A stretch of 64,000 nt of DNA from an uncultured Solirubrobacteraceae bacterium. Lineage in GTDB: Bacteria > Actinomycetota > Thermoleophilia > Solirubrobacterales > Solirubrobacteraceae. The stretch's first letter is position 1. The number at the start of each line of letters is the position of its first letter. Shown here in pieces: positions 20,925 through 32,062 of the stretch. A program made the translations under genes and the position numbers. The notes under the pieces were generated by a model. That model was not told the DNA's origin. It saw only the letters and a program-made list of their open reading frames with translations, and ran no database searches. The DNA is taken from NCBI GenBank assembly GCA_963782575.1, contig CAWAKI010000004.1:586746-650745 (forward strand), given 5' to 3'.

Positions 20925-21713
20925 ATGGCCGGCCTGACCGGGCGCATGTCTACCGTCGTGAAGGCGAAGGTCTCGAAGCTGCTCGACCGGGCCGAAGATC
21001 CCGCCGAGACGCTCGACTACAGCTACCAGAAGCAGGTCGAACAGCTCCAGAACGTCAAGAAGGGGATCGCCGACGTCGTCACCGCCAAGAAGCGCCTGCA
21101 GATGCAGGAGAGCACGCAGCAGCAGAACCTCGTCAAGCTCGACACGCAGGCGCGCCAGGCGCTCGCGCAGGGCAACGAGGAGCTCGCGCGCGCGGCGCTC
21201 GAGCGCAAGAACATCGCCCAGACCGAGCTGCAGTCGCTCGACACGCAGGTCTCAGAACTCGAAGCCCAGCAGCAGAAGCTGACCGACTCCGAGCAGAAAC
21301 TGCGCGCCAAGATCGAAGCCTTCCGCACCAAGAAGGAGGTCATCAAGGCGCAGTACTCGGCCGCCGAGGCCCAGGTGCGGATCTCCGAGGCCGCGACCGG
21401 CGTCGGCGAGCAGATGGCCGACGTCGGCCTCGCGATGCAGCGCGCGGTCGACAAGACCGAAAACATGCGCGCGCGCGCCGACGCCGTGCAGGAGCTCGAA
21501 GCCGCCGGGACCTTCGACGACATCACCCAGCTCGGCTCCGGCGAAGACGACATCGACCGCCAGCTCAAGCAGCTCTCGAGCCAGGGTGCGGTCGACGACG
21601 AGCTGTCGAAGATGAAGGCCGAACTCGGCCAGGGCCAAGGCGAGGGTGCCGCGGCGCAGATCTCATCGGGTTCCGGCGAGGGCGCGCCGGCCGGCGAGAG
21701 CGGCCAGGCATGA
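20925..21713 (+). CDS. pspA: PspA/IM30 family protein
   Basis: LLDRAEDP, coiled coil, ELARAALERK, KAQYSAAEAQ, ARADAVQEL. Confidence 0.92.
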   Translation: MAGLTGRMSTVVKAKVSKLLDRAEDPAETLDYSYQKQVEQLQNVKKGIADVVTAKKRLQMQESTQQQNLVKLDTQARQALAQGNEELARAALERKNIAQTELQSLDTQVSELEAQQQKLTDSEQKLRAKIEAFRTKKEVIKAQYSAAEAQVRISEAATGVGEQMADVGLAMQRAVDKTENMRARADAVQELEAAGTFDDITQLGSGEDDIDRQLKQLSSQGAVDDELSKMKAELGQGQGEGAAAQISSGSGEGAPAGESGQA

Positions 21714-21987
21714 TCGTGCGCATATCCGGCGAGGGTCAGTTCGACCTCGCCGACAGCGATGCCGGCCGTCTCAACGAGCTCGAGCAGGACGTCGTCGCCG
21801 CGGTCGAAGCCGGCGACGAGGCTGCCTTCACGGCTCGCTCGCGACGCTGCTCGATCACGTGCGCAGCGCCGGCACGGCGGTGCTCAACGAGGAGCTCGAG
21901 CCCTCGCAGGTGATCCTGCCGCCGGCCGACACGAGCCTCGCGGAGGCGTCGCGCGAATTCAGCGGCGAGGGGCTGATCCCGGACTGA
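21710..21987 (+). CDS. PspA-associated protein PspAA (one frameshift)
   Basis: MIVRISGEGQFDL...LNELE...PSQVILPPADTSL.E....FSGEGLIPD; ATGA overlap with pspA. Confidence 0.82.
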
Positions 21988-22011
21988 CGCCCCGCCCGCG
22001 AGGCGGATCGG

Positions 22012-22600
22012 CTAGATCGGGATCCCCCACAGCGGGAACCAGCGCTCGATTTCAGGCTCGAGCGGCAGTTCCTCGCCGAGCTGGGCCTTCAGCTGCAGCT
22101 CGCGCTCGGTCGAGCGCTCCTGCTCAGTCCCGTTCTGCGGCACGAAGGGATACCAGTACCCGCGCTTGTAGTTGTAGATGAAGTAGACCGGCTGGCCCTT
22201 GGCGTCGGCGAACGCGAACACCGCGCACAGCAGCCGCTCGCCGTGGCCGGCCATCTCGATCGAGCTGGAGACGGCGTTGATCCCGACGGCGAGGTCTTCG
22301 ACGCTCGGGGCGCCCGCCTTGTTCTGGAGCACCATCCAGCGGTAGCCGTAACTGTCGTCCTCGGTCCTGACCGTCGTGCCGCTCTCGCCGCCGGTTGCCG
22401 AGACGACCTCTTCGGTTTCCTTGAGCGCCGTTTCGAAGTCGCTCGTCGCCAGCGCCTGGAAGACGATCGCGGCCTTGCCCGTCGGCTCGATCCCATGGCT
22501 CGCCTGCAGCGTCACGTAGGCGGTCGTGATCGCGAACAGCCGGTCGGGCGCCGGGGCCCTTGACCGCGTGGCGGCCCGTGAGGATGTCGCGCAGGCCCAC
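22012..22600 (-). CDS. PspA-associated protein PspAB (one frameshift)
   Basis: MGLRDILTGR..PDRLFAITTA...DSYGYRW...LLCAVF...YFIYNYKRGYWYPFVP...RWFPLWGIPI. Confidence 0.8.
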
Positions 22601-22603
22601 GGC

Positions 22604-23508
22604 TCAGGCGGTGTCCCTGCAGCTGGGCCTCGAGCCGCTCCAGCGCTGCCAGGCGCTGCTCGAGCGGCGGGTGGTCGGAGAAGAGGTTCATCATCGAGTT
22701 CTTCGCCTTCGCCGGGACGATGAAGAACGCGCTCATCCCTTCGACGGTGCGCAGGTCCCGGCGCGGTGTCCGTTCGATCGAGCCGCTGATCTTGATCAGC
22801 GCCGAGGCGAGCGCGCTCGGGCGCCCGGTCAGCACCGCCGAGCCGCGGTCGGCGGCGAACTCGCGGTAGCGCGAGAGCGCGCGCAGCAGCAGGAACGAGA
22901 TCGCGTAGACGACGGCAGAGACGAGGATCACGATCATGATGTCCTCCTCCTCTTCGCTGTGAGCGGCCGTAGCCGCCGCCGAAGAAGAAGGCGAACTGCA
23001 GGATCAGCGAGGCCAGCGTCGCGAAGAAGCTCGCGAGCGTCATCACCATCACGTCGCGGTTGATCACGTGCGTGAGCTCGTGCGCCATCACGCCTTCGAG
23101 CTCGGCCGGCTCGAGCATCTCGAGGATCCCGCGCGTCGCGCAGACGGTCGTCGACTTCTGCGAGCGGCCCATCGCGAACGCGTTGGGCATCTGGGTCTCC
23201 ATCACGCAGACGCGCGGCTTGGGGATGTCGGCCTGCACACACAGGTGGTCGACGATCTCGTGCAGCTGCGGCTCCTGCGCCGGCGTCACCTCTTTGACGC
23301 CCATCGTCGACAGCGCGATCTTGTCCGACGCGAAGAACTGCAACAGCAGCAGCACGACCGCGACCGCGACGATGATGCCGGCGCCTGCGCCGACCGCGAA
23401 CAGCGCGCCGACGAAGGCGACGTAGACCAGCCCCAGCAGGAACATCGTCAGCACCATGCGGGCCTGCAGGCCGCCGTCTTTTCCGAACGAAGCGCTTCTC
23501 GTTGCCAT
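22604..23508 (-). CDS. htpX: Zinc metalloprotease HtpX (M48), frameshifted
   Basis: PNAFAMG, AHELTHVINRD, LSRYREFAAD, FSDHPP. Confidence 0.9.
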
Positions 23509-23583
23509 CACGTGGATTGTGGCAGACAACGATTCCGGTGCCCTAAAGTGGAGCGCGGACCCGATGCCCCGCGAGACCGCCCC

Positions 23584-24358
23584 ATGCAGCCCGAAGTCGA
23601 CATCCTGGGGATCTCCATCAAGACCTTCGGGGTCATGCTTCGCGCTCGGCTTCCTGGCCTGCGGCGCGGTCGTCGCGCGGCGGCTGACGCGAGCTCGGCA
23701 AGCCCGTCGAGTGGGCGTACGAGATCACCTTCGCGGCGCTGCTCGGCGGCGTGATCGGCGCGCGCGCCTACTACCTCATCCAGAACTACTCGACAGGTCA
23801 CGGGCAGCCTGACGAGCAACATCTTCTCGGGCTCGGGCCTCGTCTGGTACGGCGGCGCGATCGGCGGCGCGATCGCCGTGATCGGCTGGATGCACTGGCG
23901 CAAAGTGCTCGAACTGCAGATGCTCGACATGTGCGCGACGGCGCTCGCGCTCGGCTACGCGATCGGGCGCATCGGCTGCCAGGTCTCCGGCGACGGCGAC
24001 TACGGGACGGTCTCCAAACTGCCGACCTCGATGGGCTATCCGCACGGGACGGTCCCGACGCCGCCCGGCGTGACTGTGCAGCCGACGCCGATCTACGAGA
24101 CGAGTTGATGGCCTCCTCGCGTGGTTCCTGTGGAGGCTTCGCGACCGCGTGCGACCGGGCGTGATCTTCGCGCCGTACCTGATCGTCAGCGGGTTCGAGC
24201 GCTTCCTGGTGGAGTTCATCCGCCGCAACCACGAGGTCGCCGCCGGGCTGACGGCGCCGCAGATCGAGAGCATCGCGCTGTGCATCATCGGCGCGGTGTG
24301 GCTCGGCCTGATCTTGCGCCGCGAGGGCACCGCCGCGCTGCGCCCGCCGACGGCCTGA
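23584..24358 (+). CDS. lgt: Prolipoprotein diacylglyceryl transferase (frameshifted)
   Basis: IGARAYY, GLVWYGG, IGRIGC...DYG, QPTPIYE, RFLVEFIR. Confidence 0.88.
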
Positions 24359-24387
24359 GCGCGACCGTACGGCGATAATCCCCGCCC

Positions 24388-25721
24388 ATGGCGACCGCGG
24401 TCAAGCTATCTCCGTGCGTGTTCCCGATCGACAGCCGCGTCAACGAGCGCGGCGCGCTCGAGATCGGCGGCTGCGACACGATCGAGCTCGCGCGCGAGTT
24501 CGGCACGCCCGCCTACGTCGTCGCCGAGCAGGACCTGCGGGCCCGCGCGCGCGCGTTCGTGAGCGCGGCGCGCGGGCTGCACCCGGACACGCGCGATCGT
24601 CTTCGCCTCCAAGGCGTTCCCCTGCACCGCCGTGATGGCGCTGTTCGCGGCCGAGGGGCTGTGGTGCGACGTCGCATCCGAGCGGCGAGCTCTACATCGC
24701 GCTCGCGCCGGCGTGCCCGCCGAGCGGATCGTCGATGCACGGCAACGCCAAGTCCGAGGCCGAGCTGCGCATGGCGCTGCGCCACCGCGTCGGGCTGATC
24801 GTCGATCGACAACTCGACGAGATCGAGCGGCTGCGCGCGCATCGCGGAGCTCGCGCCCGGCGACCGCGAGCAGCAGATGCTCGTGCGCGTCACGCCCGAG
24901 TGTCGCGGCGGACACGCACGAGAAGATCTCAACGGGCCAGGCCGACTCGAAGTTCGGACTGCTCGCGAGCGGGCGCGCGCCGAGGCGCTCGAGCGGGTCG
25001 CGGCCACCCCGGGCCTCGAGCGCGTCGGAATCCACGCCCACATCGGCTCCCAGCTGTTGGAGCTCGCGCCCTTCGGACGCGCCGCGGGCGCGCTCGCCGA
25101 GCTCGTGCAGGAGCACGGAGGCGCCGACCTCACGGTCTCGGACCTCGGCGGCGGCCTCGGCGTGCGCTACTCGGCCGAGCAGCCGCGCGCCGCCGTCGAT
25201 CGAGGAGTACGTCGGCGCCTCGTCGAGGCGCACGGCGCGGGGATCGGATTCCCGTCCACGGGCGGCTGCTGCTCGAGCCCGGGCGGGCCTGACCGCGAAC
25301 GCTGCCGTGACGCTCTACACCGTCGAGAGCGTCAAGGGAACGTCTCGACGCTGGGTCGCCGTCGACGGCGGCATGTCGGACAACCTGCGCCCGATGCTCT
25401 ACGGCGCGCGCTACGAAGCGCACGTCGCGAACCGCCTCGGGGGCACGACCGCGTGCGTGCTGGCCGGCAAGCACTGCGAGTCCGGCGACGTGATTGTCCG
25501 CGAGGCGCGCTGGCTCGACGCGCCGCGCCGGGCGACGTGGTCGTGACGCCCGCGACGGGCGCCTACGGCCACTCGCTGGCCAACAACTACAACGGTGTGC
25601 CCGCGCCCGCCGGTCGATCTTCTGCTCCGGCGGCGACGCGCGGATCGTCGTGCGACGCGAGAACCTCGAGGAGCTGACGGCGCGCGATGTGCCGGGCGCG
25701 GGACGGCGAACGGGCCGCTGA
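24388..25721 (+). CDS. lysA: Diaminopimelate decarboxylase (many frameshifts; end approximate)
   Basis: FGTPAYV, ASKAF, HGNAKS, HAHIGSQ, DLGGGLG, LEPGR, VDGGMSDN, GKHCESGD, TGAYG..LANNYN. Confidence 0.92.
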
Positions 25722-26956
25722 GACGGCGAAGCCTCACTTCGCGTCGCGCTGCTCGGCCACGGCAACGTCGGGGCGGCGTTCGCCGGGCCTGCTCGAGGAG
25801 CGCGCCGACGCGATCGAGCGCTCGACGGGCGCCGGCCCGTGCTCGCCGGCGTGCTGACCCGGTCGGCGCGGCGACTTCAGGAGATCCTCGGGCCTCGCGA
25901 CCTGATCGTCGAGCTGATCGGGGGGATCGAACCGGCGCGCGAATACGTCCTGCTGCGCTCGCTGTCGGCGGGCGCCACGTCGTGACCGCCAACAAGCAGC
26001 TGCTCTCCCAGCACGGCGAGGAGCTGTTCGCGGCCGCGCAGGCGGCCGGCGTGCAGCTGCGCTTCGAGGCCGCCGTGGCCGGTGTCGTGCCCGTGATCCG
26101 GGTGATCGAGGAGTCGCTCGCGGCGGCGCACGATCGAGCGCGTGCACGGCATCGTCAACGGCACGACCAACTTCATCCTCTCCGAGATGGCGCGCGGCCT
26201 CGCGCTACGCCGAGGCGCTCGTCGAGGCCCAGCAGCAAGGGCTTCGCCGAGGCCGACCCGACGCGACGACGTCAGCGGCCGCGACGCCGCGGCGAAGATG
26301 GCGATCCTCGCGCGCCTGGCGTTCGGCGCGCCGGTGCACCTCGACGAGGTCCGCTACGAGGGGATCGAGCACCTGCAGAGCGACGACCTCGAGTACGCGC
26401 GCGAGTTCGGCCTCGGGCTGAAGCTGATCGGCACCGCCGAGCGGATCGCCGGACGGGCTGTCGGTGCGCGTGCACCCGGCCTTCCTCTACGCGGCCATCC
26501 GCTCGCTCCGGGGTAGCGGCTCCTTCAACGCGGTGACGGTCGAGTCGCAGACGATCACCGAGATCACGATGTCGGGTCCCGGCGCGGGGGGCGCGCAGAC
26601 CGCCAGCGCCGTGCTCGGCGACGTCGTCAGCGCGATGACCGGGGCGCGCGGCCGCCGGCGCCCGCCGCTGCGAGCTGCCGCTGGTCGACGACGTCGCGAG
26701 CGCGTTCTACCTGCACATGGAGGTCGCCGACCGGCCCGGCGTGCTCGCGGCACATCACGCCGGTGCTCGGCGAGCACGGCGTGTCGATCAAGTCGGTGGT
26801 CCAGCGCGGCATGGGCGAAAGCGCGCGGCTCGTGATGGTCACCCACCCGGTGCTCGAGTCGCGCCTGGCGCGACGGCCGTCGAGCAGCTCGCCGCGTTCG
26901 ACTTCGTGCGCTCGCCGCCCCGCACGATCCGCGTGATCGAAGAGGAGTTCGTATGA
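25720..26956 (+). CDS. hom: Homoserine dehydrogenase with ACT domain (frameshifted; start approximate)
   Basis: LLGHGNVG, VVTANK, FEAAVAG, GIVNGTTNFIL, GPGAGG..TASAV, DRPGVLA. Confidence 0.92.
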
Positions 26957-28038
26957 GGAGTTACACCCCCGTACCGCTGCCGCGCATCGAGGGCAGCGCC
27001 CCGCCGCTCCCACGTGCCGCTGATCGAGCGCTAGCTCGACCGGCTGCCGTTCGAGGCCGGCGACAAGCTCGTGACGCTGCAGGAGGGCTCGACGCCGCTG
27101 GTGCGGGCGCCGCGTGCTCTCCGAGCTGGTCGGCGCCGAGGTGTACCTGAAGCTCGAGGGCGGCGAACCCGACGGGCTCCTTCAAGGACCGCGGCATGAC
27201 CTGCGCGGTGTCCGCCGCGGTCGCGCAACGGCGCCAAGGCGGTGATCTGCGCCTCGACGGGAAACACCGCCGCCAGCGCCGCCGCCTACGCCGCGCGGGC
27301 GGGGATCACCTGCGCCGTGATCGTGCCCGAGGGCAAGATCGCGCATCGGCAAGCTGGCGCAGACGCTGATGCACGGCGCGCGCGTGATCTCGCTGCAGGG
27401 CAACTTCGACCAGGCGCTGAAGCTCGTGCGCGAGCTCACCGCGACGCACCCGATCGTGCTCGTCAACTCGGTCAACGAGTTCCGCCTGGAAGGGCAGAAG
27501 ACGGCCGCCTTCGAGCTCGCACGAGGACCTCGGCGGCGAGCTCGAGCCGCTCTGCATCCCGGTCGGGAACGCCGGCAACATCACCTCCTACTGGCGCGGC
27601 TTCAAGGAGATCGGGGCGGCGCCGCGGCTGTTCGGCTTCCAGGCCGAGGGCGCCGCGCCGCTGGTCGCTCGGCCACCCGGTCGAGCACCCCGAAACGGTC
27701 GCCAGCGCGATCCGCATCGGCAACCCGGTGCGCTGGGAGGACGCGATGAACGCCGATGACCGAGTCGCGCGGCGCGATCCGCGCCGTCAGCGACGCCGAG
27801 ATCCTCGACCGCCTACCGCCTGCTCGCGTCGCGCGAAGGCGTGTTCTGCGAGCCGGCGTCGGCGGCGGCGGTCGCCGGCCTGATGAAGTACGGCGCCGAC
27901 GGCGCAGCAGATCGTCTGCGTGCTCACCGGCCGTGGCCTGAAGGACCCCGAGACCGCGATCGCGAACAACGACGGCCGCGTGATCCAGTGCGCGGCGAGC
28001 TCGGCGCGATCGAGGAGGCGGTGCTCGGTGAGCCGTAG
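26953..28038 (+). CDS. thrC: Threonine synthase (frameshifted; start may be GTG 27014)
   Basis: [53 protein letters not shown]. Confidence 0.93.
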
Positions 28039-28885
28039 GCGTGGGTCGTGCGGGTCCCGGCGTCCTCCGCCAACCTCGGGCCCGGGCTTCGACTGCATGG
28101 CGGCGGCGATCGCGCTGGCGCTCGAGCTCGAGGTGCGAGGAGACGGGGCGCTTCGCCGTCGACAGCGAGCTGGCGGTCCCGCCGGGCGCGAGAACCTGTG
28201 CGTGCGCGCCTTCGAGCGCTGCACCCCGCCGACGGCTTCACGCTTCACGATCCGCTCGCAGATCCCGCTCTCGGGCGGGCTCGGCTCGAGCGCCGCGGCG
28301 ATCGTCGCGGGGCTCGCGGCCGCCGACACCTGTTCGAGCTCGACGCCGACCTGCTCGGCGCTCGCGACCGAGCTCGAGGGTCACCCGACAACGTCGCCGC
28401 CGCGCTGCACGGCGGCTTCGTGATCTGCGCCGACGGCGCGCGCGACGCGCTTCGAGCCGCCGACCGGGCTCGAGGCGCTCGCGGTCGTGCCCGCAGCGAG
28501 GCGGTGCGCACGCGCGCCGCCCGCGCCGCGCTGCCCGCGCAGGTGCCGCTCGCCGACGCCGTCTTCAACGTCGCGCACGGGGCGCTGCTGACGCTCGGGC
28601 TCGCGCGCGGGGACTGGGAGCTGCTCGCGCGCGGGCTGCGGACCGCCTGCACCAGCGCAGCGCGCGCACCTCTTCCCGCGCTCCTTCGAGCTGGCCGCGG
28701 CGGCGCGCGCGAGCTCGGCGCGCTCGGGGCGACGATCTCCGGCGCCGGCCCGACGGTGCTCGTCTGGTGCTTCTACGAGCAGACCGGCGCGGTCGCGCGC
28801 GGCGCTCGCGGCGCGAGTCGAGGGCTGGGCGAGCGTGCTGCGCGCCCCGTTCGAGGCGCAGGGCGCCTACGTCGAGGAGCTCTGA
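28028..28885 (+). CDS. thrB: Homoserine kinase (frameshifted)
   Basis: VPASSANLGPGFD, IPLSGGLGSSAAA, EGHPDNV, ISGAGPT. Confidence 0.92.
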
Positions 28886-29660
28886 GCGAGCGCCCGCGAC
28901 GCGCGCGCGCGGCGCCGTCGAGACCGCCGAGCCGGTCCAGCAGCTCGCCGGCGAGCGCCAGGTAGTCGGCGCCGAGGTCGGGCCGGTGGTCGAGGATCGA
29001 GCGCGCCCGCTCGGCCGATTCGGCGTACGCGATCGAGGAGCGGATCACGGTGTCGAAGACCTGGTCGCCGAAGCGCTCCTGCAGCGAGACGAGCGCCTCG
29101 CGCGAATGGACCGTGCGCATGTCGGCGAGGTTCAGCAGGATCCCGAGCAGCCGCAGCTCCGGGTTCAGGCTCTCGCGCGCGAGCTCGACGACCTCCATCG
29201 CCTGCTCGACGCCCTGCAGCGCGAAGTACTGCGCCTCGGCGGTGATCAGGGCATGGTCGGCCGCGACCAGGCGCGTTGACCGTGAGCAGCCCGAGCGACG
29301 GCGGGCAGTCGATCAGGATCACGTCGTAGTCGTCCCGCACCCTGGCGAGCGCGCGGCGCAGCGTCAGCTCGCGCCCGATCTTGCCGCCGAGCATCAGCTC
29401 GGCCTCGGCGAGGCTGAGGTTGGCCGGGACGATGTCCTCGTGGATCGCCTCGTCGACGGTCGAGCGCCCGGCGAGCACGTCGGCGATCGTCGGCTCGACG
29501 TCGGTGGGCAGGTCGAAGTAGTCGGAGAGGTTGCCCTGCGGGTCGAGGTCGACCGCCAGGGTGCGCAGCCGCTGCGCCGCAGGACGTCGGTGAGCGTGCG
29601 GACGGCGGTCGTCTTGCCGGTGCCGCCCTTCTGCGAGAGGACGGCGATCGTCTGCGCCAT
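28867..29660 (-). CDS. ParA/Soj family ATPase (frameshifted; end approximate)
   Basis: QKGGTGKTT, DLDPQGN, IDCPPSLG, EAQYFALQG. Confidence 0.9.
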
Positions 29661-29720
29661 CGAGCGCGATACTACGCGCCGCGGCCCGGCGGCGGCTCCG
29701 CGGCGCTGCGGCGGCCCGGC

Positions 29721-30337
29721 TCAGCCGACGGTCGAGGTGCCGCCCGGCGCCTGCTCGTGCCCGACGGCCGTCCTCGGGCGCGATCGCGCACGAAGCTCAG
29801 CCGGTAGCGCCCGACGATGATCTCGTCGCCGTCCTGCAGGGTCCTGCCCGTCGACCCGCGCGCCGTTCACGAACACGCCGTTGAGGCTGCGGTCGTCGAG
29901 CAGCCGCACGCCGTCGGGGTGGCGCACGATCAGCGCGTGGCGCCGCGAGACCGTCGGGTCGTCGAAGCGGACGTCGGCGGCCAGGCTGCGGCCGATCCGC
30001 GTCCACTCGCGCGTCAGCGCGACCGTGCGCAGCTCGCCGCCCTCCTCGAAGAGAGGTACTCGCCGGGCTGCTCGAGCCGGCCCCGCGCCTCCTTCACGCG
30101 CTGCGCCGCGGTCGGCCGGGGCGGGCTGGACGAGCGGCGCCTCGGGTCGGCTGGTCCTCGTCGGTGGGGTGCAGCCGCCGGTGCCGAACAGCGAGGCGCG
30201 CACGAACTCCTCGCCGCCGCAGCGACGGGCAGTCGGTCAGCATCGTCCGATGCCGTCGAGCGTCAGGGCGTAGTCGCAGCGCCGGCAGCGGAAGGAGCCG
30301 GCTCCCACGAAGGTGCCCGCAGCTCAAGTGACTCCAT
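29721..30337 (-). CDS. FHA-domain protein with N-terminal zinc ribbon (frameshifted)
   Basis: N-terminal FRCRRC...DCP.CGG; FHA motifs IGRS, DPTVSRRHA, DDRSLNGVFVNG. Confidence 0.85.
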
Positions 30338-30599
30338 GCGACTGCTCCCTCTCTGTAGTGGCGCTGCCAAGGGGGCGCTCCCTCGCCGGGGGAAACTCGT
30401 AGCGATCATCATAAGTCGTCCCTCCCGGGCGATGGTTCCAAAGAGCCGAATCTCGTGCTCGCCAGTGGTTTTGTGCAGGTCGCCGGCGCGCGCTCCGGCG
30501 CAGCCCCTCTCGCGTTTGTCGCCATACCCGACACTGCGCCGGCGCGAAACGGGCCGCACGGCGTGCAGGAGCGCCGCGCCTCGCGGCGAATCACGATGC

Positions 30600-30874
30600 G
30601 TGGCGAGCGTCCAGCGCGACATCGAAGAGCTCGAGCGAAACCTGCTGATGCGCAGCGTCGACGCGCTGGCGGACGACCGCAGCCTGTGCGTCGACTGCGG
30701 GCGCACGCCGCTGACCGGCGAGCACGTGCACCTCTACGAGCGCCGGCCCGGCGCGAACCCGGACATGGTCTGCGAGCTGTGCCGCAGCTGCGCCGCGAGG
30801 CACCGATCGCGAGCGAGCTCGTGCGCCACGCCGAGCACGGCCAGACCGTGCGCCTCACCGTCCGCGCGGCCTGA
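30600..30874 (+). CDS. Small zinc-finger hypothetical protein (frameshifted)
   Basis: CVDCGRTPLTGE...VCELCR. Confidence 0.65.
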
Positions 30875-30935
30875 GCGCCGCGGGCGGCGCGACGCCGTGG
30901 CGCGGAAACACGCGGCGACTAGACTTCGCCCCGCC

Positions 30936-31449
30936 GTGGACCCTCTGACCGTCTCGATCGTCGTCTCCGCTCCCCGCGAGCAGGTGTTCGACTACCTGCA
31001 GGACATCGCCAACCACCCGGAGTTCACCGACCACTACCTGGTCGACTGGCACCTGACGCGGATCGACTCCGTCGGCGTCGGCGCCGGTGCGCGCTTCCGC
31101 GTCAAGGCGCCGGTCAACCGCTTCAACTGGGCCGACGTCACTTTCGCCGAGGTCGAGCGCCCGCGCCGGATCGTCGAGGTCGGCCGCACCGGCAAGAACA
31201 ACCGCATCCGCACGATCGGCGTCTACGAGCTCGACCCGGCGGCCGGCGGCGCGACGCGGGTCAGCTTCACGCTGCAGACGGCTCCGGCGAAGCTCTCCGA
31301 CCGGCTGATGGAGGCCTTCGGGGCGCGCGGCTGGATGCGGCGCAAGAACCGGCGGGCGCTGCAGCCGGCTGCGCGCGATCCTCGAGGAGGGCTGCGCCCG
31401 ACGCCGCGCGCGGCAGCGGGGGCGGCGCGTCACCGTCGCCGGCGGGTAG
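30936..31449 (+). CDS. SRPBCC/polyketide cyclase family protein (frameshift near the C-terminus)
   Basis: VSIVVSAPREQVFDYLQDIANHPEF...GVGAGARF. Confidence 0.8.
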
Positions 31450-31461
31450 ACTGCCGCGCGC

Positions 31462-32062
31462 ATGAGACGGCCCGCTGCGCAAGCTGCCTGCTCGCCGCCT
31501 GGCCCTGCTGCGCCGCGCTCGCGCTCGGCGCGTGCGGGGACTCGCACACCAAGGTCACGACCGGCACCTACGCCGGCGAGTCGGGCCAGAACGCGCCCTA
31601 CCTGAACGTCGGGCCGCTGATCTACCAGGTTCAGCTCTCGCGCGAGCTGAACCCCGACAACAGCGAGGACGCCGGATACCTCGAGGGGCTGACGGCCGCG
31701 CAGCGCAAGCTGCGAACCGGGCCAGGAGTGGTTCGCGCGTCTTCATGCAGGTCTACAACAACTCCCAAGCACCGCACCTGGCGGCGCATCCGAAAGCGAT
31801 CACGATCACCGACACTCAGGCCAACGTGTACCGCCCGATCGTGCCCGACGCAAACCAACAGCTACGCCTACCGCGGCGGCTTCGTGCCGGGCAAAAGCCA
31901 GATCCCTGCGCTCGAGCACGACCGCTGCCTTCGGCCCCACGCAGGGCGCGCTGCTGCTCTACAAGATCAGGTCTTCTCGCTCGACAACCGCCCGCTCGAG
32001 GTCAAGTTCGTCGACCCGCTCGAACGCCTCCGCCGACCGCTTCGGCCGAGCTCGACGTCTAG
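31462..32062 (+). CDS. Hypothetical lipoprotein (frameshifted)
   Basis: Lipobox LALGAC; YQVQLSRELNP, LDNRPLE. Confidence 0.7.

Noticed and set aside
22012-23529. 505-aa HtpX-PspAB fusion protein
   Set aside because: The middle of the ORF is out of frame; both genes have their own start and stop, and the fusion comes from indels
24388-28885. Pseudogenised Lys/Thr operon or programmed frameshifting
   Set aside because: Indels are numerous, randomly placed, lack slippery sites, and leave catalytic residues intact, which fits sequencing error
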